Assembly: GCA_035525655.1 (NCBI GenBank)
Contig: DATLDY010000074.1
Coordinates: 1-58,099, forward strand
DNA from: Burkholderiales bacterium
GTDB taxonomy: Bacteria; Pseudomonadota; Gammaproteobacteria; Burkholderiales; SG8-39
Reading direction: 5' to 3'
DNA: 58,099 nucleotides
Within the stretch, counting starts at the first letter, position 1. Each line of letters opens with the position of its first letter. The position numbers and the translations under genes are program-made. Under the pieces are notes generated by a model. That model did not search any database, had not been told where the DNA came from, and worked only from the letters and a program-made list of their open reading frames with translations. Positions 1 to 8,902 of the stretch are shown in pieces.

Positions 1-280
1 CCTGTACTACACGCTGCGCTTCGGCTACGCGCCGACGAAAGTGGCGTACCTCTGCTGGAGCGCGTGGCAGGACAAGTACAGCCTGTCGCAGATCCGCAAA
101 TGGCTGGGCGTCTTCCTCAAGCGCTTTTTCCAGACCAGCCAATACAAGCGCAGCGCCGTGCCGAACGCGCCCAAGGTCGGCTCCGGAGGCTCGCTTTCAC
201 CCCGCGGCGACTGGCGCGCGCCATCGGACGGCAATGCCGATGTTTGGCTGCGCAACCTCGACGAGGTGCCCACGAAGTAG
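1..280 (+). CDS. 3' end of an unidentified CDS entering from upstream of the window (C-terminal ~92 aa)
   Basis: Frame 2 is open from the window edge to TAG 278-280. Third codon positions are strongly G/C, as in the confident genes here. No family recognised from the fragment ([34 protein letters not shown]...). Confidence 0.55.
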   Translation, partial: LYYTLRFGYAPTKVAYLCWSAWQDKYSLSQIRKWLGVFLKRFFQTSQYKRSAVPNAPKVGSGGSLSPRGDWRAPSDGNADVWLRNLDEVPTK

Positions 281-285
281 GCGAA

Positions 286-681
286 TCACTGCGCGAACAC
301 CTCGAACTCGATGCGGCGCGCGGGGTTCGGGTGCTCGGTCAGGCGGCTGATGCGTGCGCGCAGGGTATCGCCGCGATCGAGGCTCCAGGCGAGCACCGCG
401 TTGTCTTTCCTGGGGACATAGCCGAGCTTGCGTCCGCGCCAGGAAATGCTGACGGCATTGGCGTCGTGCGGATTGCCCGCTTCGCGTGCGAGCGCCAACT
501 CGTCTCCCACCCGCAGTTCGCCCCAAACGTCCGCAGCCGCGTGGTGGCCGAATCCGGCCAGCGCCGAGCTCTGCACGACCAGGCGCACGCCGCCCGCCGC
601 GTCCTGAGCTACCGCCGAAGCGGCCCAGAGGGCGAGGCAAAGCGCGCTACTCGCCAAAAGCGTTGCGGATCCACTGCACAT
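286..681 (-). CDS. HIRAN domain-containing protein with predicted N-terminal signal peptide
   Basis: 131-aa ORF. The N-terminus MCSGSATLLASSALCLALWAASAVA/QD has a hydrophobic core plus an AxA site. The rest carries a HIRAN-type signature (GDELALAREAGNPHDANAVSISWRGRKLGYVPRKDN). Its 5' end overlaps the yraN 3' end. Confidence 0.75.
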   Translation of the reverse strand: MCSGSATLLASSALCLALWAASAVAQDAAGGVRLVVQSSALAGFGHHAAADVWGELRVGDELALAREAGNPHDANAVSISWRGRKLGYVPRKDNAVLAWSLDRGDTLRARISRLTEHPNPARRIEFEVFAQ

Positions 682-1012
682 GGCGCGGCGGGCCGTCGAT
701 CAGGAACACATCGAAGCGGCAGGTCGCGTCCGGATGCCGCATCAGGTAAAGGCGTGCCGCCGCGACGATGCGCGAGCGCTTGGCGGCGGTCACGCTCTCG
801 GCTGCGCCACCAAAGCTGCCGGGGCTGCGCATGCGCACTTCGGCGAAGACCAGCGTGCCGCGTTCCTCGGCGATGAGGTCGATCTCGCCGTGGCGGCAGC
901 GCCAGTTGCGCTCGATGATCTTGAGCCCGGCTGCGCGCAGCAGCTCTGCGCAGAGATCCTCGGCTCGCGCGCCTTCGCGGTTCATGGCACGCTTAACGAA
1001 CCTGGGGAGCAA
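647..1012 (-). CDS. yraN: YraN family (UPF0102) endonuclease-like protein
   Basis: Motifs GLKIIERNWRCRHGEIDLIAEERGTLVFAEVRMR and CRFDVFLID match the YraN/UPF0102 pattern. The longest ORF starts at TTG 1012. An alternative ATG at 985..983 would give a 112-aa product. Confidence 0.8.
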   Translation of the reverse strand: MLPRFVKRAMNREGARAEDLCAELLRAAGLKIIERNWRCRHGEIDLIAEERGTLVFAEVRMRSPGSFGGAAESVTAAKRSRIVAAARLYLMRHPDATCRFDVFLIDGPPRHVQWIRNAFGE

Positions 1013-1856
1013 GCGGTTGACCGGAACTCTTTACGTGGTGGCGACGCCGATCGGCAACCTGGCCGACGCGAGCGCCCGCTCAATGGAAGCGCTGCGGGCC
1101 GTCGACCTCATCGCCTGCGAGGACACGCGCAAGACGCGCACGCTGCTCGCGCACTACGGCATCGCAACGCGAACGGTTGCGCTGCATGAGCACAACGAGC
1201 GCGCGACGGCGCAGAAGCTCATAGACGCGATGCGCGAAGGCAAGAGCGTTGCCCTGGTCACCGATGCAGGCACGCCTGCCTTTGCCGACCCCGGCGCCTG
1301 GCTGGTGGCAGAAGCGCACCGTGCCGGCATCGCGGTAAGCCCCCTGCCCGGAGCGAACGCGGCGGCCGCCGCGTTTTCGGCGGCCGGCTTTCCCGCGGCG
1401 CGGTTCTTCTTCGCCGGATTCCTGCCGGCAAAGGCCGCCGACCGAAAGAAGGCGCTGGCCGGGCTGGATATGCCGTGGCCGGTGGTGATCTATGAAGCGC
1501 CGCATCGCATCGAGGAGACCCTGACCGACCTCGCCCACCACTTCGGCGCCCAGCGCGAGATCGTCATCGCCAGGGAATTGACCAAGAAATTCGAGGAAGT
1601 CGTCCGGCTGCCGCTCGGCAGCGCCAACGAATGGCTCCTGCAGCGTCGCGAGCGCCAGCAGGGCGAGTTCGTGCTCGTGCTCGCGGCGGGCGAGGAGCGC
1701 CCCAGCCAGGCCGTCGATGCCGAGCGCGTCCTCCAGGTCCTGCTCGAGGCGCTGGCGCCAAGCGAAGCGGCGAAACTCGCCGCCCGCATCACCGGATTGC
1801 CGAAGAGCGCCCTGTATCGCAAAGCGCTCGACGGAAGCAAAGGCGGCGGAAAGTAG
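984..1856 (+). CDS. rsmI: 16S rRNA (cytidine1402-2'-O)-methyltransferase RsmI
   Basis: Start is ATG 984 (M73 of track ORF 768..1856). Motifs [35 protein letters not shown] and YEAPHR fit the tetrapyrrole-methylase-fold RsmI. Divergent from yraN, as in many proteobacteria. Confidence 0.9.
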   Translation: MARLTNLGSKRLTGTLYVVATPIGNLADASARSMEALRAVDLIACEDTRKTRTLLAHYGIATRTVALHEHNERATAQKLIDAMREGKSVALVTDAGTPAFADPGAWLVAEAHRAGIAVSPLPGANAAAAAFSAAGFPAARFFFAGFLPAKAADRKKALAGLDMPWPVVIYEAPHRIEETLTDLAHHFGAQREIVIARELTKKFEEVVRLPLGSANEWLLQRRERQQGEFVLVLAAGEERPSQAVDAERVLQVLLEALAPSEAAKLAARITGLPKSALYRKALDGSKGGGK

Positions 1857-1867
1857 AATCGCGGGCG

Positions 1868-2899
1868 ATGGACCGGATTACGATCAGGCGGCCGGACGAC
1901 TGGCATGTGCACCTGCGCGACGGGCCGGCGCTCGCGTCGGTGCTAGCTCATACCGCGCGGCAGTTTGCTCGTGCGATCGTCATGCCGAACCTCAAGCCGC
2001 CCGTGCGCACGACTGCGCAGGCACTCGACTACCGCGAGCGCATCCTCGGCGAGTTGCCCGAAGGCTCGGATTTCGAGCCCCTCATGACGCTCTACCTCAC
2101 CGACGACACGCCGCCGGAGGAAATCTCGCGCGCGAAGCTGTCGGGCCGGGTACACGCCGTGAAGCTCTACCCGGCCGGCGCGACCACGCACTCCGACGCG
2201 GGCGTGACGCGCATGTCGCGCTGCTTCCGCGCGCTCGAGCGCATGGAGGAGCTCGGCATGCCGCTGCTCGTGCACGGCGAGTCGACCGACCCGGCGATCG
2301 ACGTGTTCGATCGCGAGAAGGCTTTCCTCGAGGAAGTGATGGGCCCGACGCTCGAGCGCTTTCCGCAGCTCAAGGTGGTGCTCGAGCACATCACGACGCG
2401 CGATGCCGTCCAGTACGTCGAAGTTACCGGCGCCAACGTGGCGGCGACGATAACCGCGCATCACCTGCTGATGAACCGCAATGCGCTTTTCATGGGCGGC
2501 ATCCGGCCGCACCACTACTGCCTGCCGGTGCTCAAGCGCGAGGAGCATCGCGAAGCGCTGGTCGAGGCGGCAACCTCCGGCAACGCGAAATTCTTCCTCG
2601 GCACGGACAGCGCTCCGCACACGCGCTCGACCAAGGAAGCGACCTGCGGATGCGCCGGCATCTATACGGCGCACGCGGCCATCGAGCTCTATGCCATCGC
2701 GTTCGAAGAGGCCGGGGCCCTGGACAAGCTGGAAGGCTTCGCGTCCGACTACGGCGCGCGCTTCTACGGTCTGCCGCCCAACCGCGACACCATCACGCTG
2801 GTGCGCGAGGACTGGAGGGTGCCCGAAACGCTCGGCTTCGGCGACGAGGTCCTGGTGCCCCTGCGCGCCGGCGAAACGATTCCCTGGAAGCTCGCTTAA
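1868..2899 (+). CDS. pyrC: dihydroorotase, homodimeric class II
   Basis: Start is ATG 1868 (M80 of track ORF 1631..2899). Motifs [42 protein letters not shown] and FLGTDSAPH are typical of E. coli-type PyrC. Confidence 0.93.
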   Translation: MDRITIRRPDDWHVHLRDGPALASVLAHTARQFARAIVMPNLKPPVRTTAQALDYRERILGELPEGSDFEPLMTLYLTDDTPPEEISRAKLSGRVHAVKLYPAGATTHSDAGVTRMSRCFRALERMEELGMPLLVHGESTDPAIDVFDREKAFLEEVMGPTLERFPQLKVVLEHITTRDAVQYVEVTGANVAATITAHHLLMNRNALFMGGIRPHHYCLPVLKREEHREALVEAATSGNAKFFLGTDSAPHTRSTKEATCGCAGIYTAHAAIELYAIAFEEAGALDKLEGFASDYGARFYGLPPNRDTITLVREDWRVPETLGFGDEVLVPLRAGETIPWKLA

Positions 2900-3609
2900 C
2901 GCATCCGATCTACGAGCCGCTGCGGCCATGGCTCGGCCTGCGCTCGCTCGACGCGCTGAACCGCTGCGCCGCGGAGCGCGATCTGCGCACGGCGAGCGGT
3001 CATCGCGTGCAGTTCGTACCGCCGTCGGCCGGGGGGCAAGCCTATGAATTGCGCGTCTTCGAGACCGGCTGCATCGAGACGCGCGCGGACAATCTGCACG
3101 ACTGGTTCAACGCGCTCGCCTGGCTCGCTTTTCCGCGCACCAAGGCGACGATGAATGCCATGCACGCGGCGCAGATGCCACGCGAGCAAGGCGGGCGCGG
3201 GCGCCTGCGCGATCTGCTCACGATCTTCGACGAAGGCGGCGCGCTGGTCGTGTCCGACGATACCGAATTGATCGAGCTGATCCGGGATTTCCGCTGGAAA
3301 GAGCTGTTCTGGGACCGGCGCGAGCGCGTGCAGCGCGACATGCGTTTCGTCGTCCTCGGCCATGCGGTGCTCGAGCAGGCGCTGGAACCGCGTCCCGGCA
3401 TCACCTGCAAGGCGCTCTTCGCCTCGCCGGATGCGGATGCCGATGAGACTGCGGCGCGCTGGCTCGCGGCCGTGCCGCCGGGCGCGAGTCCGCGCGACCT
3501 CGCTCCGCTGCCCGTGTTCGGCTATCCAGGCTGGGCTGACAACGAGCGGGCCGAGTTCTACGACGATGCGCGCTATTTCCGCAGCGGAGTGCGCAGGGCC
3601 GAGGGGTAA
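2884..3609 (+). CDS. DUF3025 domain-containing protein (start codon uncertain)
   Basis: This is the C-terminal part of track ORF 1717..3609. [41 protein letters not shown] and the C-terminal PVFGYPGW...FYDDARYFR match my recollection of the DUF3025 family. I found no ATG/GTG/TTG in frame between about 2821 and 3006, so the 5' end is placed provisionally at CTG 2884. Confidence 0.7.
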   Translation: MEARLTHPIYEPLRPWLGLRSLDALNRCAAERDLRTASGHRVQFVPPSAGGQAYELRVFETGCIETRADNLHDWFNALAWLAFPRTKATMNAMHAAQMPREQGGRGRLRDLLTIFDEGGALVVSDDTELIELIRDFRWKELFWDRRERVQRDMRFVVLGHAVLEQALEPRPGITCKALFASPDADADETAARWLAAVPPGASPRDLAPLPVFGYPGWADNERAEFYDDARYFRSGVRRAEG

Positions 3610-3612
3610 AAT
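3607..3612 (+). promoter_or_regulatory. putative -10 element (TAAAAT) for rnpB
   Basis: TAAAAT at 3607-3612 overlaps the DUF3025 stop codon. It lies 6 nt upstream of the predicted RNase P RNA 5' end (G3619). No good -35 seen. Confidence 0.35.
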
Positions 3613-3618
3613 GACGGT

Positions 3619-3984
3619 GGGAGTCGGCCAGGCAGCCGCCGCGCCGCGGCCGTAATGCGGCGTGGAGGAAAGTCCGGGCTCCGCAGAGCAGGATGCAGGG
3701 TAACGCCCTGGCACGGCGACGTGACGAAGAGGGCCACAGAGACGAGTCTTCGGTCGACAGGTATCTGCTGCGACCGAGGGGTGAAACGAGGCAACCTCCA
3801 TCCGGAGCAACACCAAATAGGCAAGCGCAGTGGTGTCACAGCCACTTCAGGCCGGCTCGGCCAAGCTTGCGGGTAGGTGGCTAGAGCCCGGGGGTGACCC
3901 CGGGCCCAGAGGAATGGCTGCCGGTCCCGGCTGGGTTCGCCCGGACGGTGCCACAGAACCCGGCTTATCGGCCGTCTCCCATCT
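3619..3984 (+). ncRNA. rnpB: RNase P RNA, bacterial class A
   Basis: The 5' GGGAGUCGGCCAGGCAGCCGCC...GGAGGAAAGUCCGGGCUCC...GGUAACGCC and the 3' ACAGAACCCGGCUUAUCGGCCGUCUCCC align motif by motif with E. coli M1 RNA (GAAGCUGACCAG...GGAGGAAAGUCCGGGCUCC...ACAGAACCCGGCUUAUCGGUCAG). The P1 halves are complementary. A T-run (GATTTTTTAT) follows. Confidence 0.95.
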
Positions 3985-4066
3985 GATTTTTTATCCTTGC
4001 CTCCGATCCATCTCGGCGGAATAATCGCCCAGAAGGTGGAAACGGTCTGGGGAGGCCGCCAACGCA

Positions 4067-5020
4067 ATGCAAGACCGTCTCAACCAGAACGACGTCACCA
4101 ACCGTGTGAACGTCGAGAAACCGAAGGAAGTGCGCGACGCCGTGCTGCGCCTGTTCGGCCCGCGGTACCCGGGCGCGAACTTGGCTGCGCTGGAGCGCGC
4201 CTTCGACGACTTCCAGGCGCTGTACGAAGGCCGTTATCCCGGCTACCTCGCCTGCGACACGCTTTACCACGACATCCGCCATACGCTCGACATGACGCTC
4301 GCCATGGCGCGCCTGATCGACGGTCACGACCGCAGCTGCGCGCCGACGGAGCGCCTGGGCGCGCGCCGCGCGGTGATGGGCATCGTGATCGCGTTGCTGC
4401 ATGACGCGGGCTATCTGAAGCGCAGCTCCGAAGGCAGCGTGGAGAACGGCGCCATCTTCACCAAGGTGCACGTCAGCCGCAGCGCGGACTTCATCGCCTC
4501 CTATCTGCCGAAGCTCGGCTACGCCGCCGAGGCGCCCCTCGCCTCCCGCCTGGTGCATTTCACTGGCTACGAGATGGAGGTGGACGACATCGGTGTCGAG
4601 GACCTGCGCGACCGCATGATCGGCTGCATGGTCGGGACTGCCGATCTCATCGGGCAGATGTCGGACCGGATGTACCTCGAGAAGGTGCGCGAATTCCTCT
4701 ACGAGGAGTTCGTCTGGGGGAAAATCGCGCGGGAGCAGCTCGCGGACGGCCGTGAGATCGTGCGCTACAGCTCGCCGGAAGACCTGATCTTCAAGACGCC
4801 CGGATTCTACGAGTACGTCGCGCGCACGCGCATCCAGAAGAAGCTCGACGGCGCCGACCGCTACGCCGAATCGCACTTCGACGGCCCGAGCCTCTACCAG
4901 ACGGCGATCGACAGCAACATGGACTTCCTGCGCCAGATGATCGAGACGGCCGACCTCAACCGCCTGCGCCGCTACTGCTACTCGCTTTCCGCCCGCCGCC
5001 CGCGCGAAGCCGCGGCGTAA
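4067..5020 (+). CDS. HD-domain protein (putative metal-dependent phosphohydrolase), function unknown
   Basis: 317-aa ORF with a GGGGAGG Shine-Dalgarno upstream of ATG 4067. H...HD...D pattern present: YHDIRHTLDM, LLHDAGYLK, GTADLIGQMSD. No more specific family recognised. Confidence 0.75.
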   Translation: MQDRLNQNDVTNRVNVEKPKEVRDAVLRLFGPRYPGANLAALERAFDDFQALYEGRYPGYLACDTLYHDIRHTLDMTLAMARLIDGHDRSCAPTERLGARRAVMGIVIALLHDAGYLKRSSEGSVENGAIFTKVHVSRSADFIASYLPKLGYAAEAPLASRLVHFTGYEMEVDDIGVEDLRDRMIGCMVGTADLIGQMSDRMYLEKVREFLYEEFVWGKIAREQLADGREIVRYSSPEDLIFKTPGFYEYVARTRIQKKLDGADRYAESHFDGPSLYQTAIDSNMDFLRQMIETADLNRLRRYCYSLSARRPREAAA

Positions 5021-5088
5021 TCGCCGGGCGACGCTGTCGCCGGAAGTCGACACTTGTTGCAGCAACGGAATCGTGGCAAAACCGTTGC

Positions 5089-5517
5089 ATGGATACTCTC
5101 TCCCGCCTGCTCGCCGACAGCGCGATGGCCCGCGCGGCGCTTGGCGCCTGCCCTTCTCCGATCGCCATACTCGACGCTGCCGCGCCGGCGCGGCCCGTCA
5201 CCTATGTGAACGCGGCCTTCGAGGCCTTCTTTGATATCGCATCGCGCGAAGCGCTCGGCAAGCCGCTCGGTGCGCTGGTCTTTCGCGGCGACGAAGCCCT
5301 GATCCACCGCATGCTGGCCGAGACGGTGCAGAAGAAGACCGTAAAGGCCTGGTCGAAGGACGGGACGTTGCGCCACGTGGAGGTTGCCCTCGGCCCGACG
5401 CGCGACCGCGAAGGCCGCGTGACGCATTGGACCGTCGCCTTCACCGACCGCAGCGAGGTCGAGCGCCTGCGTGGCGAGCTCGACTCGATGCGCAGCCTGG
5501 ACGCCAAAGCCGCCTAG
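5089..5517 (+). CDS. stand-alone PAS domain protein
   Basis: 142 aa with coding-like GC3. PIAILDAAAPARPVTYVNAAFEAFFDIASREALGKPL...GRVTHWTVAFTDRSE follows the PAS-fold pattern. No output domain present. Confidence 0.7.
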   Translation: MDTLSRLLADSAMARAALGACPSPIAILDAAAPARPVTYVNAAFEAFFDIASREALGKPLGALVFRGDEALIHRMLAETVQKKTVKAWSKDGTLRHVEVALGPTRDREGRVTHWTVAFTDRSEVERLRGELDSMRSLDAKAA

Positions 5518-5535
5518 GCGACCTCCTCGCGCCGT

Positions 5536-6870
5536 CTAGGCGGTGATCTTCTGCTCGAGCCAGCGCGCCGTGCGCAGCAGCCGCGCATCGAAGTTTCGCC
5601 GGCCGACGAGCTGCACGCCCAGCGGCAGGCCGTTCGCGCCTTTCATGAGCGGCAGAGTCACGGCGGGCAGGCCGAGCAAAGTCCACAGCACGCAGAACGC
5701 CGGATCCCCGGTCGCCCCGAGTCCCTTGGGAGCGGTGCCGAGCGCCGGCGGCGTTACGATGGCGTCATAGCGCTCCATGAACAGCTCGTCGAAACTTTCG
5801 GCGATCCGCGCCGCGCTGCGCAGCGCGCGCTGGTAATCGACGACGCGCGTATCGCGGCCGCGCTGCATCAGATCCCGCAGGCGCTCCGAGAGCTTATCCT
5901 TGCCCGCAACCCACAGCGGCTCCAGGTTCGAGGCCATCTCGGCCTCCATGATCGTCTTTTGCAGGTCCCACCCTTCGCCGGCGGTAGGGAAGAGCTCGAC
6001 CTCCTCCACCCGGTCGCCCAGGGTTTCGACGAGCTCCGCATAGGCGTCCTTCGTATCCGGATCGGTGCGTTCCCAGTGCGGTGTCTTGATGAACGCGAGC
6101 GTCGGAGGGATCGGCGGCTCCTCGGCCGAAAGTGCCCGGAAAGGAATACGCGCGCGCAGCCTGGTATCCGGATCGCCTTCGTCGTAGCCGGCGAGCTCCT
6201 CCGCGACAAGGGCGAGGTCGTCGATGCCGCGGGCGAAGACGCCAATGTGGTCGAGCGTGCGCGAAAGCCGCAGCACGCCGGTGCGCGCGATGAGGCCGTG
6301 GCTCGGCTTGTAACCGTACACGCCGCAGAAGGCCGCGGGCCGGATCGTCGAGCCGGCCGTCTGGCTGCCGAGCGCGAGCGGCACCATGGCGGCGGCCACG
6401 CTGGCCGCGGAGCCGCTGGACGAGCCGCCCGGCGTGTGCTCCGCATTGTGCGGATTGCGCGTCTTGCCGGGACTGAAGTACGCGCACTCGGTGGTGACCG
6501 TCTTGCCCATGATCACCGCGCCTGCCGCGCGCAGCCGCGCGACGACCGCCGCATCGGTACGCGGCATGCGGCCTTTGTGCAGCACGGTGCCGTTCTCGGT
6601 CGGCATGTCCGCCGTGTCGATGATGTCCTTGATGCCGACCGGAATTCCGTTCAGCGCGCCGACCGGCTCCCCGCTACGACGTCGCTCGTCGGCGCTGCGC
6701 GCCTGCGCGAGCGCGAGCTGCTCATCGAGGAACGTCCAGGCCTGCACGGTCGGCTCGATGGCGCGGATGCGCTGGAGGCAGCTGCCGACCAGCTCTTCGG
6801 AAGTCAGCAGCCCTGCGCGCAGTCGCTCGGCGCACTCGCTCGCCGAGAGCAGCGACGCGTCATCGGCCAT
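5536..6870 (-). CDS. amidase (amidase-signature family)
   Basis: 444 aa. GIPVGIKDIID and the AS signature GGSSSGSAASVAA are present. The ATG overlaps the upstream TRAP permease gene by 11 nt. Confidence 0.88.
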   Translation of the reverse strand: MADDASLLSASECAERLRAGLLTSEELVGSCLQRIRAIEPTVQAWTFLDEQLALAQARSADERRRSGEPVGALNGIPVGIKDIIDTADMPTENGTVLHKGRMPRTDAAVVARLRAAGAVIMGKTVTTECAYFSPGKTRNPHNAEHTPGGSSSGSAASVAAAMVPLALGSQTAGSTIRPAAFCGVYGYKPSHGLIARTGVLRLSRTLDHIGVFARGIDDLALVAEELAGYDEGDPDTRLRARIPFRALSAEEPPIPPTLAFIKTPHWERTDPDTKDAYAELVETLGDRVEEVELFPTAGEGWDLQKTIMEAEMASNLEPLWVAGKDKLSERLRDLMQRGRDTRVVDYQRALRSAARIAESFDELFMERYDAIVTPPALGTAPKGLGATGDPAFCVLWTLLGLPAVTLPLMKGANGLPLGVQLVGRRNFDARLLRTARWLEQKITA

Positions 6871-8902
6871 AGAGGAACTGGGGCAGCCAGAGCGTCATAC
6901 CCGGCCACGCATACATGATGCCGAGGCACAGGATCACGATCGCCATGTACGGCATCATGCCGGCGAAGATCTGGTTCAGCGTGACGTGCGACGGCGCAAC
7001 GCCCTTGAGATAGAAGGCGGACATGGCGACCGGCGGCGACAAGAAGGCCGCCTGCAGGTTCACCGCCACCATGGTGCCGAAAAGGATCGGGTCGACGTTG
7101 AAATGCGCCAGCAGCGGGATGAAGATCGGCACGAAGATCACGATGATCTCGGTCCATTCCAGCGGCCAGCCGAGCAGGAAGATGATCGCCTGCGACACGA
7201 TCATGAACTGCAGCGGCGTGAGGTTCATGCCGAGCACCCACTTCTCGATCAGCTGCTGCCCCCCGTGCAGCGCGAACACCGCCGAGAACAGCGCCGAGCC
7301 CACAAACAGCCAGCACACCATGGCGGTGGTCTTGGCGGTGAGGAAAGTGGATTCCTTGATGTTGCGCAGGAGCGCCTTGCGCCGGCCGAGGAGGTCCCAG
7401 GCCCACGTGACGAGCGTGCCGGCGAACACGGCGCCGAGCGAGCCCGACACGATCATCGTCACGACGTCGCCGCGCATCGAGCCGAGCGCAAGGCCGATCA
7501 GCAGGCCGCCGAGGCTCGACCACAGCGTGCGGCGCGCATACTTGGACATGCCGGCGAGATACAAGGCGCCCACCGCCCCTATGCCGGCAGATTCTGAAGC
7601 CGTCGTGATGCCGAACAGGATTACCGCGAGCACGATGAACGTCAGCACGCCCAGCGGCACCACGGAGTCGGCGAGCATCTTCAGGATCTCGAGCTGCTCG
7701 CCGTCCATGCGCCGGTAGTAGACGAAAAGGACGAGCGCCGCGAGCAGCGCAAACCCCCAGAACCAGACGGCAAAATTCTCGGGCGCGGCGCCTGCGCCGG
7801 TGTCGGTCGAATGCAGGTCTGTCGAGCCCATCTGCTCCGGCGCGCCCTCCCTCGCGATCGGCTGATCGCTGGGCTGGCTCTGCGCGCCGAGCTCCTGCGG
7901 CGCCTCATCGGCTTTCGGCTCCGCCGCTCCCGGCGGCTCTGCGAGACCGCCGGCTTCCTGGACCGATTCAACAGCCGGCACGGCCTGCACTTCGGCCACC
8001 GGGGCTGCGTTGTGGATCACGACGTACCACCATGCGGCGGCGAATAGCGCGATCGTGAGCGCGAGTGGAATCGACGCGGCGAGCAGGTTTCGCACCGCGA
8101 GGCCGTACGTCGCCGGCTTGCCGTCGGCACGCGTGCCGCTGACGAGCGCGGGCTTGAACGTCGCCGCGAGCAGCCCGCCGATCACGCGCTTGGCCGGCCC
8201 GCGCTCGAGCCGCTGCAGCCAGTCGGGCACGGGGACGCGATATTTCTCCGGGGGCAGCTTCGGCGCGATCTTCGGATTGATCATCGCCCAGCCCACGATG
8301 TAGATGAGATAGAGCGCGGTCAGGAAAAACCCCGGCAGCATCGCCGCCGCGTAGAGCTTCACGATCGACTGACCCGCGACCGCGGCATAGACGATCAGCA
8401 TCACCGACGGCGGAATGAGGATGCCGAGCGTGCCGCCGGCGGTGATGACGCCGGAGGCGAGCCGCACGTCGTAACCCGCGGCGAGCATCGGCCGCAGGGC
8501 GATCACGCCCATCAGCACCACCACGGCGCCGACGATGCCCGAAGCGATGCCCCAGAAGGCGCAGACCAGCAGCGTCGTGACCGCGAGCGACGCGGGCAGG
8601 CGGCGGAACGCGAGCTGCACGCTGAAGAACATCTTGTCCACCAGCGCGGCGCGCTCGATGACGTAACCCATGAACACGAACAGCGGAATCGAGAGCAGGG
8701 TCTCGTTGTTCATCGCGCCGTAGGTACGCTGCACGAACAGATCGAACACCTCGTTCTGCAGCCAGTGATGCTCGGGGCGGAAGAACGCGAGATACCCGAA
8801 CACCATCCCCAGACCCATCATGGTGAATGCGGTCGGGAAGCCCATCATGATGGCGGCCACGATGAGCAGCAGCATGGTGAGGCCGAGGGCGGGGCTGCTC
8901 AT
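6860..8902 (-). CDS. TRAP transporter large permease subunit (DctM-like, FcbT3/COG4664-type) with a long internal hydrophilic insertion
   Basis: 680 aa, polytopic, with DctM-like N- and C-terminal halves. Its ATG overlaps the small-subunit stop (ATGA). Residues ~297-376 form an acidic/Pro/Ala-rich non-membrane stretch. Confidence 0.88.
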   Translation of the reverse strand: MSSPALGLTMLLLIVAAIMMGFPTAFTMMGLGMVFGYLAFFRPEHHWLQNEVFDLFVQRTYGAMNNETLLSIPLFVFMGYVIERAALVDKMFFSVQLAFRRLPASLAVTTLLVCAFWGIASGIVGAVVVLMGVIALRPMLAAGYDVRLASGVITAGGTLGILIPPSVMLIVYAAVAGQSIVKLYAAAMLPGFFLTALYLIYIVGWAMINPKIAPKLPPEKYRVPVPDWLQRLERGPAKRVIGGLLAATFKPALVSGTRADGKPATYGLAVRNLLAASIPLALTIALFAAAWWYVVIHNAAPVAEVQAVPAVESVQEAGGLAEPPGAAEPKADEAPQELGAQSQPSDQPIAREGAPEQMGSTDLHSTDTGAGAAPENFAVWFWGFALLAALVLFVYYRRMDGEQLEILKMLADSVVPLGVLTFIVLAVILFGITTASESAGIGAVGALYLAGMSKYARRTLWSSLGGLLIGLALGSMRGDVVTMIVSGSLGAVFAGTLVTWAWDLLGRRKALLRNIKESTFLTAKTTAMVCWLFVGSALFSAVFALHGGQQLIEKWVLGMNLTPLQFMIVSQAIIFLLGWPLEWTEIIVIFVPIFIPLLAHFNVDPILFGTMVAVNLQAAFLSPPVAMSAFYLKGVAPSHVTLNQIFAGMMPYMAIVILCLGIMYAWPGMTLWLPQFLYGR

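Noticed and set aside
1717-2883. The N-terminal two-thirds of the 630-aa track ORF 1717..3609.
   Set aside because: This part lies out of frame inside pyrC and translates to Arg/Ala-rich junk. Only the part after the pyrC stop resembles a real protein (DUF3025).
2860-2900. The idea that pyrC and the DUF3025 ORF (in the -1 frame relative to pyrC) are joined by programmed frameshifting.
   Set aside because: There is no slippery heptamer or homopolymer near the junction (…GAAACGATTCCCTGGAAGCTCGCTTAA), and the two families are not known as a fusion. A non-canonical start is the simpler explanation.
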